This document shows, one piece after another, positions 28,044 to 41,832 of a stretch of DNA of 54,394 nt (positions are counted from its first letter, which is position 1; the number at the start of each line of letters is the position of its first letter). The DNA is from Eledone cirrhosa (taxonomy: Eukaryota): positions 1 to 54,394 of the forward strand of contig CAXHJY010001319.1 of assembly GCA_964016885.1 (NCBI GenBank), given 5' to 3'. Under the pieces are notes generated by a model, which ran no database searches, was not told where the DNA came from, and worked only from the letters and a program-made list of their open reading frames with translations. A program made the translations under genes and the position numbers.

Positions 28044-31000
28044 GTTAGTGAATGTCGGAAGAGCATTAGCGATAAATCAGATTATAAACGGAAGCATACA
28101 ATCGGACGAAGACGTGCTGTGTCTCGTGTGGTGACCTATGATGAATCTGTTCCATTGTATGAAGCATTTGTGCGTGCAGCAGAGCTCCGCGAAAATGAAT
28201 CAGAAATTATGAGAGGAGCCAAGAGTATTGGCACACTGTCTACTACTCCTGGGCTTTCACTTTCTGCTGCACATCACCCCGTCCATGAAAATCACAGAGA
28301 GAGAGATACTGCTGGTGCCAGGAACACGAAAGCCAAAACAAAATTGGAAACAAAGACCAAAAAAAGCCTCTGTGTGAGCCCTGAATCATCTCGCTCTCTG
28401 TCACGATGGATTGCTAAGAAAATGAAAAATGAAAAATCAAAGTCGTCGCCATCAAAATCAAAAAATATTTCATCAGTAGGGGAAACTAGGAAGAGGAAAG
28501 GGAGGAAAACACAGAAGGAATCCCCTAAGAAATCCTCATCACCACTGTCACTATCTAAACCCTCTTCAAGACGAATGTGTTCATTAAGGACTAAAAGCAT
28601 GCCAGAAACATCATCTGGAGATAATCTCATTGAGTTTAATCATGGCAAGAAACTTTCGGTTTGTTTAATCCGTTTAAAACGTGAAGCAAGTTTAAACGCT
28701 GCTGCGAAAGTCAATTTAATTTATAATGAAAGCTTGCAGTATTCTTCGTCATCGTCTTGTAGTAATAGCAAGTGGACAACACAGACACATGCTCTTGGAT
28801 CTGCATCAGGATGTTACAGTCAACCAAAGAAGAGGCATAAAGGTAAAACTGAAAATAATACAAATGTATCGGTATTAAAGAAATGCAATTTGGCAGCAAC
28901 AGAGAAATCTGCCATTACTACTACGTCTCGTTCTTGTTCTCCAAGAAAACGGAAAGCAGCAATGAACAAGAGGAATAAGGAACAACATGTTACTCCTTTT
29001 ACTACAGGGAGAAATATCAAAGCTATTAAAAAAACAGATAGAAATAAAAAACGTGTGTTATCTATGCATGTGTCTAAGAAACGAATGATAAATCGTGTCA
29101 ATAAGTCAGAGATGAACAAATCATCTTCGTCTCCATCTAAGAAATCTTCGTTGTATGAATGTCGAACAATGAGATCTACTCCACGACAGAAACAACCAGC
29201 AAGGTCTGCTGAAAAAAAGTCAAAATTACTTGAGATCCAGAATGACGTTACACCAGTTCCATCTTCTCCGATTCCGATCTCAAAGAAACGGAACATACAT
29301 TTACTTCCAAGTGATGTTAAAAATATTTCTTGTATTCCAATGTCGAAAAAACGTAACTTAGAATTACAGTCAACATCAAAGTTGCTTCCAAGCGACGTTA
29401 AAAAGATTTCAACTGTTCCAATTCCAAAAAATCATAATATACAATTCCAGACCTCATCATCATCGTTGTCATCATGTGGGAAAAATTGTATCGCCTGTCA
29501 TTTGAGAACAGGAGTTAGAATGGATAAATATCAAACTGGCTGTGAAAATAAACGACGTAAAATGAGTTCAGGTGATGAAAAGTGTCAGGAAACTTGTATT
29601 GCATGTCATTTGGGCCCGCAAGTTGGGTTAGAGGAATATCAACAAAAAGGGAACACAACAATTGATGGTCAGTGTGAGGAAAATTGTATTGCATGTCATT
29701 TCAGGGCAAGAGTTGGATTGGGAGAATATCAGATTAGATGTGAAAGTGAAACTAAGGAATGCAAAGTTAATATAAATGATGATGACTGCCAGAAAAATTG
29801 TGTCACTTGCGATTTGGGAGCTGAATATCAAATTGGCTGTGAAACAAATAATGAACGTCAGTGCCGAGCAAATTGCCTTTCTTGTAATTTCAAAGCAGGT
29901 TTGGAAAAATATAAAGTTGTTGGCTGTGAAACTGAAACTGACGCTGAGCAGGGCAAACGGAGTTCGGATGAGAATCTAGAGGCTGTAGTAGGAGACACAT
30001 GTCCTTTTCTTCCAAATAGTAACAACAACTACAACAAAAAATCAACCACAGCAACACCAAAAAATTGCACTGCTGCACTTGAAAACTCTGTGACTGTAAT
30101 GCGATGCTGTCATCATCATCAACATCATCACCATCATCACCACCACCATCACAAACAACAAGAACAACACCTGACTTCTTCGGAGAGTCTGAAAAGATTT
30201 CGTTGTCAAAATCAGAATCCAAATGAAGCTCAAAATAAGAAGGGTGCTCTGAAGAAACTTAAGTATAACGATGATATAGACGAAGATCTAGATGTAGTTA
30301 TTATTCCAGAGGTTAATGTTAATCCCGCAGTCAATTATATGAATTTGAACCACAAAAACAACAGTTGTCTTCGAGCATTGAAAAAAAATTTAACATCCGA
30401 AAAAATTCCAAATGAGAATAGGAGTCATAAAAAGTCAGCAGATTTTGAAATTATTGATGTTGTCGGATTCACATCTGATAACGATTCCAGCAGCCCTGAT
30501 TATGAAAGTTCAAATACTTTCAAATCAGAAAAACTAACTAATGAAAGACATAATAAACATTTAGGCATTGCCACTACTGCACCTCTATCAACATCAACTA
30601 ATGATACTTCACACTCAGATTACCAAAATTTAAAAAGTAATTTCAAATTTGAGAAATTACCAAATGATAATAGTGGAGATAATACAAAAAAAATACCAGC
30701 TTTAGGTATCCCAGTTGGAACGCTTAGTGAAACTCCTCGTTCTGATTATAAAACTTTGAAAACCAATTTTAAATATGAAAAATTACCGAATGATAGAAAT
30801 AGCAAAACATTTGGTACAGCTATTCTTCCAACTGTCGCATCATCAGTATTATCAAATAACAATTCCTCATGTTCGGATTTTCAAAATATAAAAAATTTCA
30901 AGTCAAATGATAGAAATAATGAACACCTAGGTTGCGTTGCAGCATCAGCATTAGCTAAAGATTTACATTTTAATCACCAAACTTTAAATTCTATCGGAAA

Positions 31001-33300
31001 TGATAATAATAATGATGATTTAGTTTTTCCTGGCAAAAGAATGTCCACAGTAGATGCCACAGAAGTATATCTGAAAAAACGATGTCATAATTTGAAAGCC
31101 CCTATAGGTGATGTACATTTTTCTTCAAGTGGTGGATCTGCAAATGATTCACGCTCAAATTATCAAAATCGAAATTTGATTGGAAACAAGGATAACGATA
31201 ATGATAATTTAGTTTTTCCTGTAAAGAAAACAATATCAACAGATACCACAAATGTATGTCTGAAAAAAAGATGTCATAATTTGAAAACTTCTATAGGTAC
31301 TATTGGAAATGATACCAATATTGATAATTTAGTTTTTCCTGGTAAAAGATCGGCTATGGCAGCTGCCACACAAGTGTATCTGAAAAAAAAATGTCAAAAT
31401 TTGGAAACTTCTATTGGTACCACTGGAAATATGCATTTTACATCTAATTCCACTGCTACAACTACTTCAATAGGGCTGTGTAAAAATAATCATTATTGTA
31501 GTAGTAGTTGTAGTAGTAGTAGTAGTAGTAGCAGCAGCAGCACGCAAAATGCCCATATCAGTGGTAGTGCTGGTTGTAAAGAATTATTATATTGTTCCGC
31601 TGATGTTGTAAATGTTTGCTGTCAAGCTAATTGTCATCAAAACCATTCTTCAATAAGTGAAAATTCACTGAGGAAAGCATCTCAAAGAATCGCTAGTTTT
31701 AGAAATACACAGCAAGTTTATGAAAAAGATATGGTGATTGGAGATTTGCCTCCACAAAATAAATCTAGAAAATTTAAATTATCTAAAAGTATCACTAGTT
31801 TTGATAATAAACAAGCTTATGAAAAACATTCAAAATCAGAAGAATTATCACAAAGAAAATTGGGAAAATTTGAATTATCTAAAGGGATCACTAGTTTTAA
31901 TCCACAAACTTGCGATAAACATTCAAAAATGGAAGAATTGCCACAGAGAAAATTAGGGAAAAATGACTTGTCTAAAAGGAATGCTAATTTTAATCAAGAA
32001 GATTGTAAGAAACATGCGATGATTGAAAGCCCACTGCGAAAATCAGGTAAAGTGTCTCAAAAAATTGCTAGCCTTAACCTCAAACCACAGTCTTGTAAAA
32101 AGCCTTTGATGATAGAAAGATCAGCACGAAAATCCAATAAAGTCTCTCAAAAAATTACTAGCCTTAATTTTAAAACACAACCTTGTAAAAAGCCTTCGAT
32201 GATAGAAAAATCAGCACGAAAATCATGTAAAGTTTCTCAGAGAATCTCTAATCTTAATCTCAAAGCAGGATCTTGTAAAAAATCTTCAATGATGGAAAAA
32301 TCGTTGCCAAGTAAAGTTTCGAAAAGAATTGCTAGCTGTCTTAAAGCACAATCTTGTGAAAGATATTCGATAATGGAAAAATCGTTGCCAACTAAAGTGT
32401 CAAAAAGAATCGCTAGTTGTCATCTTAAACAGCAAGCTTGGAATAAATATCCGTTGCTGGAAAAATCCTTGCCAAGTAAAGTGTCAAAAAGAATTGCTAG
32501 TTTAAATGCGCAAGCGATAATGGATGTTTGCCAAGAATCCAGATATTCCAAACGAGATATAGGTCAGAAGCAACTGCGGCAGCAAAATAGCCAACGTGCC
32601 GCTAGAACACATTATATTTTTAATCCAAAGAGACAGTCTTGTAGATGGGTAAATGGACTTGGAATGAACAATATGGGTAATAGCGAACACAGTAATGACA
32701 CCAATGATATTGCAACAACACAGCAAAAGGTTTTAGTTTCCTCTGTTGCCAGTGATGCTAGTAATACTAATACAACAATTATTGCTGGCAGCACCACATC
32801 AATGAAACGTAGCAAGAATAACAACACCAACAACACCAGTAACAAAGATATTGAAGTAGAAAATGATATTCTCGTTCCTTCTGATAGCATCCAAATTCAG
32901 ATGAAATCGAAAATAAATAATACCTCTTTTGAAACTTCTTCAAAGACAGCAAATCTAAATTCTGCCGCCTCTGTGTCTTCTAACCCCTCTGCGTCCTCAG
33001 CTGCATCGACAATGTCGCCCTCCATGTTTTCAAATTTCAGTAATGTAATCCCTCCGCCTAATTCCAGTCCGGTTCTAGAGCCGCCTGAGATGAATACTGC
33101 TGCTAGCTGTTCTTCACTTCCATATCATGTTGGGGGAGTTGCAGCAACAGCAGGAGGAAATAGAGGAGAGGATTCTGGGTATCCTCAATGTCAGACATTT
33201 ACATTGAGAGGAATTGGGAGTATAAGTAATCTTACAAGTTTGCCATATCACCATCAGCCGTATGGAAATGGTCCATTTACTGTTCCTTGTAGTCACTATG
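28044..33300 (+). CDS. BAHD1: BAHD1-like gene, giant first visible coding exon (5257 nt)
   Basis: Pyrimidine tract + TAG acceptor at 28041-43; open frame throughout; donor G|gtatgt at 33300 (phase 1). First in-frame ATG at 28209; an upstream exon cannot be excluded. Confidence 0.88.
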
Positions 33301-33711
33301 GTATGTATGATGATGTTTATATATCTTTATTTTTTGTTATTTTATTCATGTCTTCATATTTACTACCAAACGAATAACATAACAATAGCATACAGATCTT
33401 ACTTAGATGGGTACAACTGATGTGAAATACCTGATTACACCATAGTTTGTTGATTGTGGTAATAAAATACAACACTGACAATCAACTAACATTTGATATT
33501 AAAACAACATATATATATAGGTGTATAGGTGCAAGATAAATGCGTCCTAGGCGGTATGCCGGGCGAGCACTCGATGCTCGCGCAGAACAGAGTATAATAT
33601 TATAAGGATAAAGGAACAAAGAATCAGTGTTGCATCATAACATTTAATATTAAATATAACATGGTTCTGGAGATATTAGCACAAAATCAAAGACGAGCTT
33701 ACATACTGAGG

Positions 33712-33801
33712 CATATCTGAGGATCTTTCGATTCCAGAGTCAGGTTCGATCAGTAATACATCATTCCTCGGGCTGATCGACAGTGAAACATATGTAATAT
33801 G
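33712..33801 (+). ncRNA. Degenerate hammerhead with long stem II inside an inverted-repeat cassette
   Basis: CATAT-CTGAGGA-...-GAAA-CATATG-TA-ATATG; flanking inverted arms at about 33598-33648 and 33803-33855. Confidence 0.6.
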
Positions 33802-33869
33802 TTATTAAATATGTTATGATGCAACACTGATTCTTTGTTCCTTTATTCTTATAATTATATATATATATA

Positions 33870-35158
33870 CAGGGTGGGGCATAAAAACTGTTACAAAATA
33901 AAATGCAAATAGTTCTTGAAAAAAACATTTATTTCAAGATCTGACTTCAACAAATAGTAAGTAATATACTATTAAACAACTGCACAAAAATGTATTCAAA
34001 ATGCTTTCCTCTAGCTCTCACTACTGCTCGAAGTCTTCTAGGAAAGTCTTTGATGGCTGCACGAACAGTTTCCATGGGTATTTTCTCCCATACTTTATTC
34101 AGTTTTGATTTTAGAGTTTCAATATTTTGGCTAGGAGTAGAGGAGGCTTCACTCTCAAGAATTGACCATAAAGAAAAATCGAGAGAGTTGAGATCTGGTG
34201 ATGTGGGAGGCCACTCTTCCTTACTGATCCATGCATGACAATGCTCTCTACACCACTGTTGTGTTACGCGAGCAGTGTGACTCGTCACTCCATCTTGTTG
34301 GAGAGTCCAAATGTCATCGCCATAAACAGATGTGCACCATGGCATCAATGCTCCTTCCAAAATATCCTTTATGTAAAGTTCTTTGCCTTGAGGCACAAAA
34401 ATCAGAGGAGACTTACCTCTTTCAGAAATGGCTGCCCAAATCATCACTGATGCTGGTTTCTGTGTTCTGAACACTTTTCCTACACTTGAAGGAATTGATT
34501 TGAGACTTTTTGCAAGTACTCGATCATTTTGATGATTGTGAGACTGCTGCACAGTGAATAACTTCTCATCTGTAAAGATGTTTTGCAGCGTGCCATCCTT
34601 GATACAGTTCAATAACAGTTTACTTCTGGAGAGCCTCTTTTCAATTGTGGCTGCAGAAAGAAGCTGCCTCTTTTGGAACTTATAGGGTGACATCCCCAGA
34701 TCATCTCAACATATCCTCCGCATAGTTCTCGGCGATGTTTCTGCTTCTTCTGCCATTTTTCTCATGGACCTTCTTGGATTACGCCTTATTTTTTCCCTCA
34801 CACTTTTAACGAGTTTTGGTGTTCTTGAGGTGCGAGGGCGTCCGGATCGAGGTCTGTCTTTGGCCGAGGAAGTTTCCTTAAATCGATCGATTGTCCTTTT
34901 GATCAACATGCTATTGATCTTAAGAATTTTCCCCAGTTTAAATATATTGGGTGGAGTCAGGCCTTTTTCATGCTTCTCTATTATGAACTTTCTTTTCAAT
35001 TCTATGGACATTGCAAATAGTTAATGGAGTAATGTTCTGAAAAATAGTTAATATGGTTATAGTGCATGGATTTGATACAAATATATTAGTTATATTAGCA
35101 ACATAATGTATTTTTAAATTGATTTAAAACTTTGTAACAGGAATTATGCCCCACCCTG
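33870..35158 (-). mobile_element. Tc1/mariner DD37D (maT) transposon, nearly intact
   Basis: 28-bp TIRs cagggtggggcataa...ctgttacaaa with TA flanks; HTH/GRPR region, FTDEK, QQDG-37-D (SPDLNSLDF); one in-frame TGA at 34706-34708. Confidence 0.93.
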
Positions 35159-35182
35159 TATATATATATATATATATATAGT

Positions 35183-35405
35183 GAAGGCGCATGGCTTAGT
35201 GGTTAGAGAATTGGGCTTGCAATCAAAAGGTTGTGAGTTCAATTCTCAGCCCGGGTGATGTGTTGTTTCCTTGAACAAGACACTTTATTTCACATTGCTC
35301 CAATTTACTCAGCTGTAGAAATGAGATGATAGGACTGCGGTCCCTATCATTCCACTGCAAAGTGGTCGTGGAGGTGCCACGGCAAAAAATCACCCAGCCC
35401 ACACT
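35183..35405 (+). mobile_element. tRNA-derived SINE, 3'-truncated
   Basis: Same head and body as the 4959 family. Confidence 0.85.
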
Positions 35406-35860
35406 GTGCTAAGTACACCTGACGTCTAGCTTCTCTCTTGGCGGCTGTATATCCTTCTCTACTCCCACCCTTTTCCCAAGCCTTCCATGCTAGTCTTTTG
35501 CCTCTAATAGCCTTATCTACTGTGCTGTTCCACCACCAGGTCACTCTCTGTCTGGTTGGAGCTCTGCTACAGCCACAAGTTTCATCAGTAGCCTGCAGTA
35601 AGTTGTCACTTAAGAAATTCCAGTTATTATCTATGTCATATGTCTCTAAATCGTCTTCTTTTTCGTCATACACATCTTGAAGGGCTTTCCTAAATTTGTA
35701 TTATAGTGAAAGGTCTTTTAGCTTCCAGATCTTTCTTCTCCACACCTTCCTGTATGTCTCATTCCATCTCTTGCTTACTGAGATATCACTAATGACTAAC
35801 CTATTCTGTGGGGTACATTCTTCCCCAGGGTATGCCTTGGTATTAGACACTATCTGCCTG
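35405..35860 (-). mobile_element. RTE-type LINE fragment (endonuclease-RT linker)
   Basis: TWWWNSTVDKAIRGKRLAWKAW. Confidence 0.8.
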
Positions 35861-36191
35861 TCTCTTCCTCAGGGTATGCCTTGGTATTAGACACTCTCTA
35901 CCTGTCAGACACTATCTATATATATCTGTAAAGGTATGTTGGTATCACAACATCCAGTCTACACTAAAGAGGTCATGTAGGAGTCATGGTAAAAAGGCTC
36001 CCAGTCTACACTATAAATGTGGTTGGTGTTAGGAAGGGCATCCAGCTGTAGAAAACCTACCAGATACAGTCCTATACGAGCAAGACACGGTCACCCGATC
36101 AATCTTGCCTCAAGTGGGACAATTCCCATCTAACTCATGCTAGTGTGGAAGATAGACATTAAACAATGATGATGATGATATATATATATAA

Positions 36192-36622
<431 letters not shown>

Positions 36623-37048
36623 TATATATCAAAAATAGTAATATATCGTAAATTCAGAGGAGAAATTTCTTTATTGTTTTGTTCAAGCTTGAAATTCTGC
36701 AGTATTTCCAGATTTGCAGTTTGTTATTTTGCATACTGTACGGTTCATCCTTATACCTTTTGTGACATCATTGTAAACTATTTATTTTTCCTCTGAGGAT
36801 TCCAAATTGGGACATATCTATGGCTGTATACAGATCAAATTTAATTCCATCTGTGAGCACACATGGCATTGCCTATTCAGATGAAACAATTTGTAAGGAA
36901 TAAAAAAAATGTTAAGTGCCTTTGATTCTCCATCATAAATTTCTGTTTTTATATATATATATATATTTATGCACTCTTTAGCTGCTCCATGAAATAAAGA
37001 TTTTATATTTGTCTTTTTTATCTATATATTTATGTCTTTCTTTCACAG

Positions 37049-37740
37049 GTTATTATAATAGTAGCTATTGTGCGCATTCTCCACCGATGGTTGCTCAGAT
37101 TGCACCACCACAAACCTGTGTTCTTACACATCCCTTACCAATTCATGTACCACATGCTGAAGTGAAAGTCCTTATACATAATCCCCTTCCGGGACAGCCA
37201 TTCATGCAACAAACCACCACACCCACCAGCAGTGCCATCACAACTGATTCTTTACAACAGAAAAAACGAAAGAGGCCAGGCAGCAGTGCGACTCAGAAGA
37301 GAAAGAAGCCCTCATCTTCATTATTACCACTTACAGGAAAGACCAAAACTGGTGATGCTGGAGTTAGTGTAGGGGTATTGCCACTTACCGGAAAGACCAA
37401 AACTGGTGACATAGTGGTAAGCGTTGGTTCAGAGACAAGCGAGCATCTCCGAAAATCCGATTCTAAGAGGCAGAAAAAGAAAAATTTAAACACAACAGTT
37501 AATATAGATAAAAAAGTGAATATACATTTTAAAAAAAATATCAAGCAGACTATGTCCTCAAAACACAAACCGAAGAAAACAAATATCTGTGATTGTGATG
37601 TAAAAGATATTAAAGGAGCCCCTTTGGAGAAGATTGAGAAAAATAATTCCTCTTTGCTGTCTAAGAAGAAGAAACCAAGTAGTTCATCTTGGGGATGGTC
37701 ATGGCAAGGATTGCCTGAAATAAAAGCTGTTCCTAATGTG
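37049..37740 (+). CDS. BAHD1: BAHD1-like coding exon 2
   Basis: tttcacag|GT (phase 1) to GTG|gtaagt (phase 0); ends WGWSWQG, like the GWxWxG motif that precedes the BAH domain. Confidence 0.9.
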
Positions 37741-37764
37741 GTAAGTTTAAAATTCCAGAACTAT

Positions 37765-37952
37765 TTTTTAGGCAGTATCGGTGGAGGGTCAAACGCCATA
37801 CTTTGCAACATAGAGTTATGCTTCTTTACGGTCTGAGTTGAAATCCCACCGAGGTTAACTTTGCCTTTCATCCTTACGGGGTCGATAAAATAAAGTACCA
37901 GTAATGCACTGGGATAATTGCTGGCCTTGTGCCAAAAGTAGAAACAATTATT
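37765..37952 (+). mobile_element. Second SINE family
   Basis: gagttgaaatcccaccgaggttaactttgcctttcatcc...gtcgataaaataaagtaccag; reverse copy at 24960-25075. Confidence 0.72.
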
Positions 37953-38099
37953 ATATATTACATAATAGATAAAATATTGCAAAGTAATGTAGAAACTATG
38001 TAATAATGTGGCTGCAGCCTGATGATGTCCATCACCTCCATACCAGTAATTAGAGTGGGTTAGATATAACACATATAGACTGGGATTTCCTGGCACTTG

Positions 38100-38850
38100 T
38101 TCACCCAGCGAACATCATCTATACACATCGCATGTCCATACTAATGCAGTCTTCTCTCATACACATGACTTCGGATTCCTCTTAAACCCAGTTTCTCTGA
38201 ACTCTACCTTTCTCTGACATTCATATCCAATGGAGCATGCTTGCTTCATTTTCTCTCCAGTCCACGCATGTCCTCTGCAGTCAAAGCCCAATTTTCACTA
38301 CCATGCAGCATTGCACTTTGCACACAGGCGTCATACAGTCGTACTTTTGTACATAGGAAGAAATCTTTTGTTGTCACCAGTGGAAATAGCTCTCTAAAGT
38401 TCTTCCATCCTATCCTTATTTTAGCTATTATGCTCTTGGAGCACCCTCCTCCATTGCTAATTAAATTACCTAGATAGCAGAAGCTATCAACCACATCTAT
38501 GGATCCTTCCTGTGATTGGAAAAGGTTTATATCACCTGCACGCTTGTCTACCTGTTATCCCACTTCATCTCTTGTGTACATCTTATAGAGTTTACGCCTA
38601 CTCCATTTTTAAATTTAGCAGGGCCACTTCTCCTATGTACTAGCACTTTGGTTTACTCTCATACCTTTTGATTCCAAATTCTGTTTCCATAGTCAGAACT
38701 TATTCTCTAGTTCTTTTATGGATTCAGCTACAAGTACCAGATCATCTGGACAGCTAGTCTTAAACTCCTGTTATAGTCTAGAGAACTAAGATGAATAGCA
38801 GTGGGCTAAGAACTGAACCCTAATGAACTCCTACCTTTACTTTGAATATA
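38100..38850 (-). mobile_element. RTE-type LINE RT/3' fragment
   Basis: ORF 38246-38494 (SAMLHGSENW) plus a GVH*GSVLSPLLF remnant. Confidence 0.87.
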
Positions 38851-39238
38851 TATAATCATCAGTTTTACTTCAATTTTCTAAGCTGGCAGGAGTTTCCTGA
38901 TACATTTTTGAGATGGAATTCTTTATCCTGATGCCAATGAACACTTGTTCTTAAGTGAACTTTGGATCTTTGCAATGATCATGGAATATAAATTGTCACA
39001 CAGTATGCCTTTCCTGTTTCTGTCTATGAAACTCACTTAAAGGCATTGGGTGGCCTATAGTAAAAGACACTTGCCCAGATAGTTCAAAACCCATGCAGTT
39101 GCAATGCAAATTTCTTAAACTCACAACTATAACTGCACCTATAGCTATATAGTTAATCTGTTTCCAAAATTACATTGTCTGTGGCTGTTTAGATCACTGT
39201 TTTTCTAATTTAAATGCTTCGTTTCTTTCCCTCTCTAG

Positions 39239-39404
39239 GCTGTTGATGAGCCTCCAGTCGAACGGAAATGTTATCCAGCCATTAAACACACTGACGGAGA
39301 AGTCATATATGTTAGAGATTGTGTCTTGTTGAAATCTGGGCCTCGGAAGAAAGATGTCCCATTTACTGCTAAAGTAATGGAATTCTGGGAAAATACAGTT
39401 GATG
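39239..39404 (+). CDS. BAHD1: BAHD1-like coding exon 3 (BAH N-part); missed by the ORF track
   Basis: ctctctag|GCT...GAT G|gtaaat; AVDEPPVERKCYPAIKHTDGEVIYVRDCVLLKSGPRKKDVPFTAKVMEFWENTVDG resembles BAHD1 VRDTVLLKSGPRK. Confidence 0.93.
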
Positions 39405-39787
39405 GTAAATATTTGTTTCTTTTATTCTTTGACAAGTGAAATTCATTGGATTGTGGTCGTGTTTGGGCACCATCATGAAAGGTTTTTATTTAATCATATT
39501 GACCGCAGTACTTATTTTTAAGTTTGGCATTTATTTTATCAACCTCTTATATATATGTGATATATCAACAAGATCCCAGAGGTCCTCCCCATTTACTTGC
39601 CGAGTGGGATGGACCAAAAAAACAATGTTTCCTTTGGTCTTTCCATTGTTGATACTATCTACCAGTTACAACTCCTGGCAGAAAGGGCAATGTGAAATAA
39701 AGTGTCTTGCTCAAGGACACAACGCATGACTCAGTCCAAGAATTGAACTCATAACATCACAATTGTGAATTCAACTCTCTAACCACA

Positions 39788-39824
<37 letters not shown>

Positions 39825-39831
<7 letters not shown>

Positions 39832-41582
39832 CTGATGAATGTGGAGAACGAATGGGAGAGAGAGAAATTACCCTCAGTAGATCTGACAGAGGGACCAGCT
39901 ATTGAGATTGACGAATATAGGATCCAAGAGGCGATTAAGGAAATGGAAAATGGTAAGGCTGCTGGACCGTCGGGGATAGTTGCTGAGATACTGAAGGCAT
40001 CAGGGGACGTAGGCACTAAACTGGTTGCTCGCATCATCAATCAGGCTATATATGGTGGTATTATACCCAAAGACTGGTGCAGCAGTATTCTCATAAATTG
40101 CTACAAAGGGGATGCTCTGGAGAGGAGCAATTATAGGGGTATAAAACTGATGGATCAGGTTATGAAAGTGGCAGAAAGGATATTAGCACAACTAATTAGA
40201 GAAAGGGTCAAACTAGATGAGATGCAGTTTGGTTTTGTGCCTGGGAAAAGTACAACAGATGCCCTCTTCTTGATGAGACAGTTACAAGAGAGGTTCTTAG
40301 AGAAGAATAAGCCACTATACTTAGCCTTTGTTGACCTAGAGAAGGTCTTTGATAGGGTACCCCGATCTATCATCTGGTGGTCCCTAAGGAAACTAGGTGT
40401 TGAGGAATGGTTTGTGAGGACAGTGCAAACTTTGTACAGAGGTGCTGTCAGTAAAGTCAGGGTAGGAATGGAGTTTAGTGAGGAATTCCAGATACAAGTA
40501 GGAGTACATCAGGGTTCGGTCCTCAGCCCGCTCTTGTTCATTATAGTCCTCCAAGCCATAACAGAGGAGTTTAAGACTGGCTGTCTATGGGAACTTCTCT
40601 ATGCTGACGATCTGGTTCTTATAGCAGAATCAGTAGAGGAGCTAGAGAATAAATTCTGGCTATGGAAACAGCAGTTGGAAGCAAGAGGACTGAGAGTGAA
40701 CCTAGCTAAGACAAAAGTGTTGATGAGTAGAAAAGAGGACAAAACTCAGGGAAATGGCCATGTTCGATATGCAGAAAAGCAACTGGCATAAATTCTATAA
40801 AATGTACACAATGCAGATCCTAGGTACACAAGAGATGTAGCGGGATAGCAGGCAAACTAACAGGTAGGGAGAAATACGTATGCAGTAGATGTATAGGGAA
40901 ATTAGACAGTAGAAGTCACATTGATAGACTCATTTTTCAAATGCAGGCGGGTGCTATAGAAGTGGTGGATAGCTTCCGGTACCTAGATCAGATTAGCATG
41001 GGAGGGGGGTGTTCCAAGGCCATAGTATCTAGAATAAGGACGGGTTGGAAGAAGTTTAGGGAGCTGCTTCCTCTGCTGACAAAGAAGGGTTTCTCCCTGC
41101 ATACGAAAGGCCGGTTATATGATGCCTGTGTGAGAAGCGCGATGCTGCATGGTAGTGAGACATGGGTAGCAACTGCAGAGGATATGCGACAGCTGGAGAG
41201 AAATGAAGCAAGCATGCTCCGTTGGATGTGCAATGTCAATGTGCGTGAACGACCCAGCATGAATGTGTTGAAAGAGAAACTGTGTCTATGAGGGATAGAA
41301 TGTAGTGTGCGAGAGAGAAGACTGAGGTAGTATGGACATGTGATGCACATGGAGGATGACCGATGGGTAAAGAAGTGCCAGGAAATGCCAGTTGAAGGAA
41401 GACGTGGTAGAGGTAGACCACGAAAAACATGGGCGGAGGTGGTGAGAACAGACCTCGGATCGCTGAAGCTCACGGTGGAGATGACGAAGGACCGTGACAA
41501 GTGGAGAGATGCTGTGCTGAATAAGACCCGTCCCATCCTTGCAAGCAGAGAAAAGCGGACGTAAAAAGATGATGATGATGAT
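39825..41582 (+). mobile_element. 5'-truncated RTE-type LINE (RT to 3' tail)
   Basis: ORFs 39835-40791, 40941-41291 and 41340-41564; LYADDL; (GAT)n tail. Confidence 0.93.
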
Positions 41583-41832
41583 ATATATATATGTGTACAT
41601 GCCAACATAAGAGCAAAAACAGCGGGGTCATTATATTGACATGGCTTTAAAGAGGCTGTTTGCATGATTGCAAATGAATTGAATATTTTTATTAATATTC
41701 AAAAACTCAGATTGCATTTATTGTATTCAGCCATGTAGAGCGATAAACCATTTGTTTGTTCTATATATATATATATATGTGTGTGTGCGCTTCTATTTTT
41801 ATATATATATTATGCTTCTATTTGTATATGTA

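Noticed and set aside
29487-29700. Multiheme cytochrome c from three CIACH motifs
   Set aside because: Lies inside a nuclear BAH protein with no targeting signal, and two repeats lack the His.
33301-33377. Tail of the 1752-aa ORF (also 37741-37836 and 44075-44192)
   Set aside because: Intron read-through past strong, phase-compatible GT donors.
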